This document shows, piece by piece, positions 27,480-40,400 of a stretch of DNA of 64,000 nucleotides. The notes under the pieces are model-generated. The model was not told the DNA's origin. It worked only from the letters and a program-made list of their open reading frames with translations, and ran no database searches. The translations under genes were made by a program, and so were the position numbers. The stretch comes from Lytechinus pictus (taxonomy: Eukaryota), in assembly GCF_037042905.1 (NCBI RefSeq), contig NC_087245.1:25980001-26044000 (forward strand), in the 5' to 3' direction. The stretch's first letter is position 1; the number at the start of each line of letters is the position of its first letter.

Positions 27480-28435
27480 GTACAAAGTTTATACGCAATT
27501 GATATAGAAATTTTAAAAAATGAGAGCAAGTTGAACAAAAAATTGAAAAAATTGACAAAATCTCACATTAGACCTTTTGACTCTTAGATAACTTTGACCC
27601 TATCATCCTCAACTACATGTACACATATATGTGGTATTACCCAAGGATCATTTGTACCAAGTGTAAACACGTTGATGCAGAAATAATTTGATATAAAGAA
27701 ATGAGACTAACACTAAAAAGGATGGACATGACCTCATATCACTTGACCTTTTACCTCATCATTCTCAATCTCAATCGACACACATGTGGTGGTATTATCC
27801 AAGGATCATACAGTGTATGTACCAAGTGTGAACATATTTGATGCAAAAAGGAATGAGAGCAAGTTGAACAAATACTTCAAATAAGGATGGACATGACCTC
27901 ATATCCTTTGACTTTTTGACCCCTAGATGACCTTTGACCCATCATCCTCATTAACACACATGAGGTACACTGTATTACCCAAGGACCATATCTATGTACC
28001 AAGTATGAACATAAGTGATGCAGAAATAAAGAATGAGAGCAAGTTGAACAAAAACTTTAATACTTTTGTAACAGACCAGGATAAGTGATCACTAATGACT
28101 AGGTCTCTGCCGAACTTCGTTCCGGTGAAAACTTAACCTTGGTTAAAACTTTGACGTTGATACCCAAAACTTGATCAGTTTGCTAACCCGAAATGACCTT
28201 TGACCTAGGTCATGTTAACCTGAAACTCATGCAAGTGATACATGATAGACCTACTTTACCCTAAGTTATCAATGTCCAAGACAAGTTTCATGAACTAGGT
28301 CCAACCATAGGCTATAGGCCTACTTTCTAATGATGACATTTCAAAAACTTAACCTTGGTTCTCAATGTTGATAATGCCACCGTCGGAAAAGCGGCGCCTA
28401 CATGTATAGAGAATCACTCTACAGCAGACAAAAAA
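27480..28435 (-). mobile_element. Degenerate family-1-related element with tandem units (further fragments at ~25250-25355 and ~25925-26040)
   Basis: GTCGGAAAAGCGGCGCCTA end motif, TGACCTTTGACC units, CAAAAACTTAACCTT. Confidence 0.65.
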
Positions 28436-28749
28436 ATGTAAGAAATCAAGCTACAGTATCTAATACTAGGCAGTAGACCGTACCAGTTTACATCAGAAAG
28501 AGGATGGGTTTAGAAAGTTGGGGGATTAAGTTAGTAACACAGTCTAACGTTCAACTGTGTAGTGTGTAGACAAGTGTAACAACATTAAAATTTAACTATT
28601 TACGATACACATAGGATGAGGATATTTATTAAAATAAATTTAGAGAGCTAGACAAATCTAATTGACACTGAACTTTAATTTTAAACCATGAACTGATAAT
28701 GTGTAACTTTGTTTGAAATAACATTAACAAGCATATCAAATTAGACTAA

Positions 28750-29030
28750 CCTCAGCCTCGGCTCGAAATGGAAAATCGGCGTGTTTATAGAGATAATCGT
28801 TAAACGGCATTTACCCACGTTCATGTAAGTACCGGTATCCAAAATTTCAGATAACTTCCCTGTAGAAACAGACACGATGCAGTTTATTGATAAACCGCAT
28901 TGCGCAAAATACAGTTTCTCATAACCGCCTCTGGGAGGTGGTTATTGCCGTGTTGACGCCGTATTTGCGACGCGGAATGTGAGTTAATAGAATTATTCGC
29001 TCTGTATACCCAGTTGTTGTACGTCCGGAC
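28750..29030 (-). promoter_or_regulatory. CpG-rich putative promoter of ANKIB1
   Basis: Cluster of CpGs (TTGCGCAA, GACGCCG, GCGACGCGG) at the upstream edge of the CpG-depleted gene body. Confidence 0.5.
28751..28920 (-). other. Putative non-coding first exon of ANKIB1 (5' boundary approximate)
   Basis: Donor GAG/GTTAGT at 28751/28750 exactly where CpG-depleted DNA switches to CpG-rich DNA. Confidence 0.55.
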
Positions 29031-29303
29031 GATCAATTTTAGAAAGTCATTTTGAAAAATTTACAAGCGAAGTTTCATCAATTTTTAGTACAAAATGTTA
29101 GGAAATATTATAATAGAGAACAAAACAGATTATTTCAGTCCGCAATAATGAACCTATTTAGTAAAAAAGAAGATGATTACAACTATTGAATTCATATTTT
29201 TAGTGTAATCCAAAGACAAAAAAGAAGGTTTCAAAAATATAAAGTGTCCGGACACCCGACCCCCCATCCTACTACAGACTGTAGGAACAGGTTGGGTGGT
29301 CAA

Positions 29304-30640
29304 TAGAGGCGCACGGCCAATATGGGAGACTCTCTCCAATACAGGAGATGATCTCCCATATTTATTCGAGACTTGCTTTGCAAAAGAACAAAAGAAACAC
29401 CGACAAAAGCGGAATTTCTTCCACCCAAAATTTCGTCTCACTGAGGTCAGAAGCCCATTTGTTTTGTGTGTGGATGACAACAAAAATCCTTGTCAAAACA
29501 AAAACAGACGGTGAATTTTTTAAAGTAGACGGTGAAAAGAGGAACTTGTTCATCAGGAATCTGCTTTCATTTGCCGCCAAGGTAATTGTTTTGCAGCAAA
29601 TGTAAACAAAGGAAATTGGTCTCCCACACTGGAGACCGTCTCTAAAATTGGATACCCAAATTCTTTACAACAGTCTCTGATATTGGAGATAATTTGATTT
29701 GATTGATTTGATTTGATTTATTGATTTCCGTTTCACAATTGTACATAATTATCATAAGGTCAAAAATACTGCAAGACATAATAAAATATAACATAATATT
29801 AGATTTAAGGAACACAATTCAATAAATAAAGTTACCTAAGATGACATTTGCATTTAAAAGTAAAACGAAGGGTCTTGCCGAAAAAGGCAAAGCTTGTACA
29901 AAAGGCAAGCCCCTAACTTAGTTTCATTACAAAATTACATGTACAACAAAAAAATATTGGGTCGTAGTGATATATAGAACTTTTTTTAAAAAATGAATAC
30001 AAACAATTTTGTCCACTTTACCAAAAAGTAACTGATGGATTGTGTGAGAAATATTTTTTTTATAACATTAGGGAGAGAGGGGTGGGGTGAGGGTGAGAAG
30101 AGGGAAGGGACAGAGAAGTGCAGTGTACATTACATACATGTAGAAAGAAAGCGGGCAGCAGGAGCAGGTACTTTGGCTAGTTGCAATTTTAAGAAGAAAA
30201 AAGTAATAACAAATAATATACACGAGTATACCCAGTTGTTGTGAGTCCGGACAATCAATTTTAGAAAGTCATTTGGAAATATTATAGAGAACAAAATAGA
30301 AGATGATTACATCCACTGAATTCATATTTTTAGTGTAATCCAAAGACAAAAAAGAAGGCTTCAAAAATATAAAGACAAGTGTCCGGACACATGACCCCCC
30401 ATCGATTGCTTATATTATAATACACAAAAGCCGAGTAGGCTTAATTAAAATCACTTATTCAGCTTGACCTGTTTGCAACGAATATTACAAAATTAATTTT
30501 TTTTCAGTTTGCATCTAAAAATATTAATTATCAGGGGATTCTTTAAAATCTTGAGGCAGAGAGTTCCAGTACTCAGTAGGCAGGCCTCTCTCATGGGAGA
30601 CAGTCTCCCATATTGCCAATTGTTTGGCCATGTGCCTCTA
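29304..30640. mobile_element. Possible TIR element
   Basis: TAGAGGCGCACGGCCA / TGGCCATGTGCCTCTA ends with subterminal GGAGAC/GTCTCC repeats; no TSD found. Confidence 0.45.
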
Positions 30641-30873
30641 CTGTTGTTGGTTTGTTAAAGGGCGATACAGTTTTTCGATTCCAGAAAAGATAAACCGTTT
30701 TCAACGATTCGGCATTATCGTGAAATTGGGAACCAGTTCCTAATTTCCAAAGGACACTTTTTCACGACAAGACATGACCTACCTACCTTTTCGAGCTTGT
30801 TCACTGCTTCACCGCAGCTGGCGCGCTGATTCTAGATAAAGTAATCCTTCAAAGAGCTTAGAGCTTCAAAGAG

Positions 30874-31420
30874 CAACTCTATGGAAAACTCCCCATAGAG
30901 TTGTACACATGGTTCCCATTTTAGCGAGTAGAGTAAACTAGTAAACTAGTTTACTCTACTCGCTGAAATGGGAACCAGCGCGTACAACTCTATGGAAAAC
31001 TCCACATAGAGTTGTACACGCAGGTTCCCATTTCAGCGAGTAGAGTAAACTAGTTTAATCTACTCGCCAAAATGGGAACCAGCGTGGAAAATTCTCAATA
31101 GAGTTGTACACGCTGGTTCCCATTTCAGCGAGTAGATAAAGACAGATTACTAGTAATATTTATTTCGTTAGTGATGATTCTCTGACGAAATAAATCTGAT
31201 TAATAAACTGTCTTTATCTACTCGTGAAAATGGGAACCAGCATTTATAATTCAGGAGAATTTTCTTAGATGGTTCCCATTTTGAAGAGTAGATATAGAGA
31301 GAGATTGCCAATGAGATTTATTTCGTCAGTGATGACTCCTGGTGATGACTCTGACGAAATAAATTTCACTAGTAAACTGTCTTTATTTTCACGAGTAGAT
31401 AATACAGTTTACTAAAGTGA
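30874..31420. repeat. Array of alternating inverted repeats
   Basis: Arm TAGAGTTGTACACGCTGGTTCCCATTTCAGCGAGTAGA recurs in alternating orientation. Confidence 0.88.
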
Positions 31421-32959
31421 TTCATCCCCAGATATATCTTGTTTGTGATTTATTTAGTGAATCGATTTTGTAATATAAGTTTTTGTCAACATTGTGAAAG
31501 TGGCAGAGTGGTCTTGAAGAGCAGGGAAATGCAGGGTAGATGGATAATTACAAAAATTATAATTCCGCGGAATCGTCGATGTCATCTGAAAACTTGTCCA
31601 CCCATGGCAAACTGAGCCCGTTAAACATCGCATGAGGAAAGAGGTAACCAGTTGTGTGAAGAGCTTCGCATCGTAAACAAAGCCTCTCACATCAATTCTT
31701 TTCAAAATCGCCGAAGCGAAGATTCTTTACATATCGTGGTGAAAGGAGGTACAAGTTCAATTTGGCTACCAGTTCCCAAAAGCACGGAATGGCCAACGAT
31801 TCTCTGTATCCTAGAAACACCCCGGCGAATGACTGACTGTGATAACTATTTTGTATTAATGTGTCACACTCACGCTCAATTCAATCACACCATTGGCATT
31901 ACCAGTCAGTCGCACAGGCTTGCAAACAACAAACAGGCACTGCCACAGTCGACAGATCTCAATTTTATTTTTAGTTAAAAAAAATGTAGACCTACCTTGG
32001 CAGCCTGGCCTCGATGATAGATCATTCATAATGTAGATCATGCTCAAATCATGAAATACAAAATAATAATTAATAGTTACTTGAACCAGGCATTCGTCGA
32101 GTACAAGTAGAAGTCTTTTCGATAACAAATGTTTGTGTAGATCTAATGTTCGCTCCAGCAATAAATACTGTCTCCGCCACAGTGAATGGTCCGCATGCAT
32201 GAATTGTATGGATGGCCTGGATGGCGTATTCTCATCGGATCATGACTTGTCCCTTTATTGCCCTAATGTTTATTTACAGTATGTACGTACGTGATCGTAT
32301 ACTAGTCTCTTTCTACGGCATTTATTAAGAATTTATTAATTGTCAATTATCTTCAAGCGTTTAATTATATCTTTTCTCATAAAACAATATTTTTATTCAA
32401 AATGCTTTTCAAAGAAACACTAAGTAATTTTATACGACCTGAAAAAGCTAATGTAGCCTCGTAAACCGAAATTAAATGCGTTTAATTAGTACCATTGCCT
32501 TGAACGCAAAAAAAAAAATATCGGCGATGTCAAATCGTAGATGGCAGTATACTAGTACAGTCTAGAGTTTTCGCAAGATGCACTGGTACGAACACTGGCG
32601 TATCTATCCCTATAGCCCTAGGATAGGGATATCCCCGGGGATATCCCCAATCTCGATTCTTTGAAAAGGGTGGCCAGTATACTAGGGGTTAAGTGATATA
32701 CGGGAGAGCACCCCTCCCCCTCTAGCAAAAAACAAAAAACAATTATGAAAGAGAGGTGAAAAGGAAAGGAAAGTGAAAACGAGGAGATAAAGGAAATGGA
32801 GACAGAAAGAAAAATTGGTAAAGTAATCGGCCCAGCAGCCCTTCCCCATGAAAAAAAGTGAATGAAGAAATATCAATTGCCGTTTTCTTCTTTCGCAAAT
32901 TATTGTGAAACATTTCATAAAATCCCTCGTCCTATATTAATAAAGAAGGAAAAGGTAAA

Positions 32960-33055
32960 AAGAAGAAGAAGAAGAAGAAGGAGGAGGAGGAGGAGGAGGA
33001 GAAGAAGAAGAAGAAAAAGGAGGGGGAGGAAGAGGAGGAGAAGAAGAAGAAGAAA
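32960..33055. repeat. (AGA)n/(AGG)n microsatellite
   Basis: Direct reading. Confidence 0.9.
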
Positions 33056-35152
33056 TTTCAATTGTTTGTCCAAAAGCTCAGAATGTTCAATTTTTAGGTC
33101 TAAATATACACAACTGTTGTTTCAAAAAGAAAATCAGCTCGGACTTTTTTTAATTTTTTTTAAATACTTTTAGTGATGAATTTGATCCCGTCGGGAGGTT
33201 TCTTGTAATTATACACAATGGGGAGCGTTTAATATTTTCATTCCGACAAGTTGTCAGATCTGACATCTTTCCTTGATTCTGATTGGCTGAGAGGCACTGT
33301 TCCTATGGTAAGTGTCGGATAAACTGGTACTTGTCAGATAAAATGTGCGACAAGTCCTTTCATGAAACGCCCCCCTGTACCTTCAATTTCGCTTGACTTA
33401 GCAAGCATGTCGATCCCCCATGTTCAGATATGGAATGTCAGATATATTAATCCTATCCACCATGGTAGAAATCATCCGATGAACTAATTTCATCCTTATT
33501 TTTATGATTTTTTTATAGAGTGCCATTTAGATACACGAGTCTGTGGGGAAATGTTTTGCGCTCATGCTTGGAGGCTTGCCACAAGCTTTGCTTTTATTGC
33601 AAGGCCCCCCCCCCCCCCCGTTTTACTCTACGTTACAACTAAAATCATCTGAATATGCCTAATGTTTAATTTGTGTTCATCAGATCTAAAATTATATTAT
33701 ATATGATATTATGTTTTGTAATATTTTTTACTTTGTTATTATGTTTTATTATATTATGTACAACATTGTGAAACGGAAACCAATAAATGAAATAAAATTA
33801 GATGAAACCTGATAGTCAAGAACCTGCACATTAGTTTGGTGATTTCCCAGGTGGCATCAGTATTTGTACAAGCATCCTTTATTTTAGAAACATAACGATT
33901 TATACGCTAGATATCAATTCGTTTTCTCAATAATGTCACTGCGGTATATTATATACATATAATATATATATTAGACGCAAATTCTTTAGGGAATGAGCAA
34001 GGGTGAAGGGGTGAATGGGTGAAATATCAAATTGAATTGAACTGCGTATATACGAGTGTGAGCTTATCTTCATGCGCCATTTCACAGATGCAAATAGCGC
34101 CACCTATATGATTCTATTATCACTGCATTGTTTTGCCCATTGAAAGTTTGCTGAGAAATTGTATTAATGTATTTTTGGGGCATTGAAAGCAAATTTTGCA
34201 CACGACTTTTTTGTGATTGATGTTAAGAGATGATAGCTCAACCTTTTGTATTTATGTAAGTTTATTAACTTGTCACCAAGGAGGAGATATAGAGGTACTG
34301 TAAGACTTCTGAGATATTGCAATGTCAAAAAGCAATGTAATGTTGAACGAAGGTTGAATAGTGACTATACTTTCTTTTAAAAGTTTGTTAGGTTTAGTAG
34401 CATGTGTGCTAGCGAAAAGTTTGTTAGGTTTAGTAGCATGTGTGCTAGCGAATATAGTTTTTGTGGTATATTTTGACATAATATTCAGAAAATTATATAA
34501 TATTTCACCCTTCTCTCTTTCCCTTTTTTTCTATCCCCCCCCCCCCCCCCCCACCTCCCGTCGGAACCACTACGGCGCGTGGTACGGTATATTTCACCGT
34601 TCCATTTTTTTTTTTTTAGCCTACAAAAAAGGGAGAATGGTGAAAAATTAATAGTTTGGAAATTTGGAAGTGTGCTTATTGCACCTCAGTACTATGACTT
34701 TCTATTGATATTTGCAAATTACCTGGCTTAGGGGGTGTTGCAAGAAAATATTTGCAATCAAACGCAAATATTCTGTTGCAATTGATTGATCACTTTTAAC
34801 TATAGCAAATCAGATGACACTCCTTGTTTCATGGAGCAGATTAGCAATCAATCGCAAATTTGCAATTAATTGCACGACATAAATTATGATTGATTTAGAG
34901 ACTGAAAATAGACTTGCAATTGATCGTAAGTTTCTTGCAACGCCCCATTAGTCGCTCTACACTCCCATTTACGCTCAAAAAAGTAACAGATGTTCCCTTT
35001 TTAAGAATATGGCGTGGATCACTGCTCTGCACTATGATGGGTTGAAAATGCAAAGTTGCACAAAATTTGATAAAGTGGCGAATTTCCTTGCTTGGTTGCC
35101 ACGCTCCCTCGCATTAAAATTTAGAATTATCCACTTTTGGGAGGTCGAAGAT

Positions 35153-35363
<211 letters not shown>

Positions 35364-37455
35364 AAGGAAAAAGATTAGAAAGAAAATACAGAAGAAAATG
35401 AAAAACATAAGGAGAGGAAAGAGCTTTACAGTAAATCTGGCACGTCACTTTAAAAAAAATACAATTTTCGCTTGCGCTTTGCGCTTGCATTTCCTCTTGA
35501 ATGATCTTGCTCATGATGATGATGATTGTTGTAGTCATACACACACAAACACACAAGAAAACATCAGCTCTTGCTTAATTATGTTCTGTGAGATAAGTAT
35601 TCTCTTCATAAAAAAGGCGTATATAGGCCTATAATAATATTCCGTTTTCATGTCCTAATAAAAATCTTCACAAACTTAGTTTCGTGCTTGCAGTGTTTAT
35701 TTAGTGCGATGCTTGTATATTATTATCCATGAATTTCTACATAAAGCCCTAAAATATTTTCCTTTTTCAGGTCTGCTTAATTCTTTAGTTACACTCGGAC
35801 ATTCATCATGTCAAAAAGTGCTTATTGTGCCCAATTTTGGTCTTTCAAGAATATTTTCAGCTCGCTCTCATGTTCGGGAGAAATATTTTGGATAATATGT
35901 AATAATTTTTTTCGCGATTATACAGTACCGCTTAGAATATTTTTATTATTTATTTATGAATACCCACTATATATATCAGCACTTCGTACAAGTTTTGATT
36001 TCTTTAGTTTAAACGTATCATGTTCAGGTCATGATGAAGGTAGATAAACTTTCCTTTTTCTCATCAATATATAATTTTTTAGCTCTTAACTGATATAGAC
36101 CTATATCAAATTATATTTCATTCTCGGTATACGCTCACATCCTCAACTTAAACTCTCTATCCCTTAAAACGGGCCATAATTGCATTATATGTTTTATTGA
36201 TGTAAATCAATAGGCGTATTTTTTACGCAATATTCAAGATGATCTGCATGGTGACCGGGGATGTTTCTGTCACTTATAGAGGCTTGGTACGATATTGCAT
36301 GGACGTGAATATTTTGTCAGAAAAGATGTGTCACAGGGAGTGTGATTTATTCTTTATTTTCTATAAATGATGCTTTATTTGGTCAGATTGAATATTTGTT
36401 TATGGCAACGATGCTGTTTATCACAACTTGAGAAGTGTTTCATTATTTTGTTCAGACATTTCATTGTAAAATAAATAAAAATCGTACATGGATTGACAAA
36501 ATATTAATGCCTCACTGATTGTAACTCGTTCAAAACTGAATAATGAACACGAACCATAAATTATGATTAATTATAGAGTTTTAATATGGTTTGATAATTG
36601 GATAGGCCTACGGTGTAATAAGTTGTTCCATACAACGATATCGGTATTTCTTGCTCAAGCGATTTTTTTTTGGGATGATGTTTGATAATTTGTTATAAAA
36701 TCCCCAAACTGGCCTTTGAGAAACGTAACGACCGATACATTTTTAAGTATTTATGCTGCTATATATCTCCCCCACAATGCTATCATTATCGAGAACTTAT
36801 ATTTTTTTTACCCGCTGTAGTTTTGTTGCATGACTCCAAACTGTTTTTTTAAAAACAAATCCTAGAACTGAGTTTCTAATTCTACCCGTTATCATCATGC
36901 TATAAAAAAGACAATATCGAGAACGAAGTTTTTGTTTTTATAGGCCCTACCCATGTAAAAAAAAATCCGTTGAGATTGAAATAAAATAATAATAGGCCAA
37001 TTGTTTTAAAAAGGAGAGCCTTGGTTTAGACAGTGCAATGATTGAAATGGAATTTGAATTGATGATATACTAAATTTGGAAAATCTGTCAAAATGTTAAG
37101 AATGAATCGAAATTGTACTTATAATAATAGTATTTGGTAAACGTGAATATTGTGTAATGTTATGAATCTGTGGCATAGGTAGGCCCTCATATACCATAGA
37201 TTCATTACAAAATATTCATGTTTACCAATAAATCAGGGCATTGATAAAATCATGCATAAATGGTGACAATTTATTATGAATTGAAAAAAAAAAGACTCTG
37301 GTCATCTCGCATTAATTTCCGCTGAACGACTTTGAAAGTATGTCGAAAATCACTATCAGATTCAGATGATACCCGTTTGTTTAAACATTTATTTTAAAAG
37401 TGGTGGATCCCCGCAGGGGCGGAAATCTCTCCCAAAAGGTATATAGGGGGGGACA

Positions 37456-40400
37456 CAGGGGCGGATCCAGCCTTCGTCAATAGGGGGGGGGGGGGGGGGA
37501 CGGGACGGAAATTTGTTTCAGACATATTTTCCCCGATCGGCAGCTCGAAGATGATTTGTGTTTGTTTCTTTGAAGGGGTAGTCCTCATTAGTCACTTCTT
37601 AGCTGTATTTTTATAAATTCATATATAATATCATAATCCTTATTAATATGATGCGAGCGCGAAACGCGAGCTAATTTTTTGGAAATGTTATGTATTTTTT
37701 CCTAAAGATGTGAATGCAACTTAATAATTACTACAAACGCAAAGCGCGCGAGCAGAAATGAACTGATGGAAAAGATATCTGTTAAAGACTGCGTGCAGTT
37801 AGCATTTAAATCAAATAATGCGAGCGCGAAGCGCGAGCTTATTTTTTGGTGACATTTTCACCTAAAGAATAGATCTATTCTAAGCACTTTTTGTAACTCA
37901 AGCAGAATAGGTATATAAGTAGACAATTGATGCGAGCACGAAGCGCGAGCAAAAAATTTCGAGATTTAGTCCTATAATATTTACTGAACGAGACACTCTA
38001 TTCATGTTTTGTAAATCATGAAAAGGATGAGTATTAATAATACGAGCGCAAAGCGCGAGCAGAAAATTTGTATATACGTTTTGAACTGTTACCTGTTGAA
38101 AAGGTACCTGTTAAGGACTGCTTGCACTTAGCCATGAAGGTGTTACATATTTCAACAATCAAAAAATGCGAGTGCGAAGCGCGAGCATATGAATTTGTTG
38201 TGTTCACTTAACGCGCACCTTGGCAAATCCCTTATTCCGGCGTCAAAAACTTGACAAAATAGACCCATTTTCGGCTCTTTTAACTCATATCTCAAAAACC
38301 GCTCGAGATTTTTCACGGGTTCAAACGGTTTCTTAATCTTAGACTTGTTCTACATCTCATGATATCTGTCATTTTATATTCTGATTAAAAAAACAACCGT
38401 GTTTTTTTTACTGAAAATACACAGTTTCTCGTGTTTTTGTGTGAGAGAAGCACTTTTTGCACTGTTTTGGGCTCGATCTTCTCTTACAGCGTCTGACTTT
38501 CGTATCAAAATGTCTCAGTTCAACGACTATCAGATAGACAGGTTGTAACTCTTTCTTGTGATATAAGGTTCAACCTAATTGGTTGAAAAAAACCGCCGTG
38601 TTTTTTAGGTCAAACTTTACAATCCTATGAACTTTTTTTGTATTTATCACGCATAATCTACGTTAATTGATTAGTCGTACTGCGCACGATTGTCTATTTT
38701 AGTATGCCTATCAACTCTTTATACTCTTTCCTCTCCTATCAAAAATTGAAAGGGGGTACAATATCCTCGTCCTAGATATAAGAAGAAGAAGAGAACATTT
38801 CCTTTTCATTACATGTAAAATCATGCCCATTCTTGAAAAAAAAAATTCGTCACTTCTAGGTTAAACTTTACAGTGCAATTAACTTTTTTGTTCTTATCAT
38901 GCACAATATCCATTATTGGTCGCACTGTGCTCGATTGGATTTTGGTATACGATGTTCAACCTGGCAGCAGCGCGTTTTGCGTTAGATTTGGAAATCCTCG
39001 TTCCCAGACAGGGATATGTAACATGTAAGCTTTTCATACATATAAAATTCATATTGATTGATTAATATTTAGCTCCGTCAATTTTCACGTTAAATCATGC
39101 TTGTCTCATTTTAAGAAGCCAAATCCAGGGATGAATAATGTGTGCATACCGGTGCATATACGTATACGTGCAGCGCATGAACGGTGTATACACCCATAGT
39201 ATACACCACACAATACGCCGAATACCTTTCTATGCAATAATCACGTACACACACAATGCGCGCAGTAGTAAACAACGCGTCGCTAAGACAACTGAACCTG
39301 AACTCGGGAGTACATCGAGGGAAGGAGTACAGAATCAGAGAAAATCATTCTCACTTTTTGGTCAGAAGAAAACATTTCCTTATATGTCTATATCTTAACA
39401 TAAACAGAAGCTGCTCCGTTATCCTTATGTCGTACCACAGTCAATATCATAAACAAATTACAGTGATTCTATTTTGTCACAATTAATAAACTTATGCACC
39501 CCCGGCCCCAAGAAGTAGTATTTTCGGCCCGGCCTATCTCTACCACACGCACAGTTCGGTCAAGGCGGTACGCGTATATCATTAACTGCCAAATACAGCC
39601 GACCCAAGCTGAATAAAACCTTCATATTAGGTGAACAAAATAGGGGGTAACAAATTCATATGTAAAATTTTTTTTGAAAATTTCTTAAGAAAGAATGGAA
39701 AATTTAATCAATTTTTTTAATCGTGAACAGGATAGCTATATAATTTAACAATTGATGCGAGCGCGAAGCGCGAGCATAAAAAAATCGAGATTTAGACCTA
39801 AAAATGGGCCACTCTGTTCATGTTTTGTAAACAGCCATAGGCTGATCGAGGGCTTTTTACGTGTTTAAATAAAATAAATCAATCAAAATCAATGTTTTGT
39901 AAATCATGAAAAGGATGAGTAATAGGGGGTCTTCCTACCCCATCAGGCTTCTTACATTAATAATGCGAGCACAAAGCGCGAGCAGAAAAAAATTGATATT
40001 GTGATCTGAAACTGGATAATGATTTAAATAGAGAACAAGTTAAGTATTTGAATAAACATGCGCGCGCGTGTTTCATATTTAGACCTAGAATCTAGGCATT
40101 CTAAATACATCTTTAATCATGAAAATCATGAAACTTTGATATTCCGATCTGAAAAAAGAGTAAATTACAGCTTTATATTTCAAGCACTTTGTATATAGGA
40201 AAATTGTAAGGTGGAGTATGGATCGCACTTAAAAAAAAGAGCAAAAATTTTCATTATTATTACTTTGAGTTTTGACATAGGACCGGGACATCATTACGAC
40301 ATGTAAGGGTCGTGTGGTCCAGTGGTTAGAGCATTGGACTCATAATCGCAAGGTTGTGAGTTTGAATCCCAACTCTGCCATTGTCTCCACTTTGATAAAA

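Noticed and set aside
31454..32200. Cluster of 83-114 aa ORFs as a possible gene or transposase relic
   Set aside because: No recognisable motif or consistent splice structure; a translated search would be needed.
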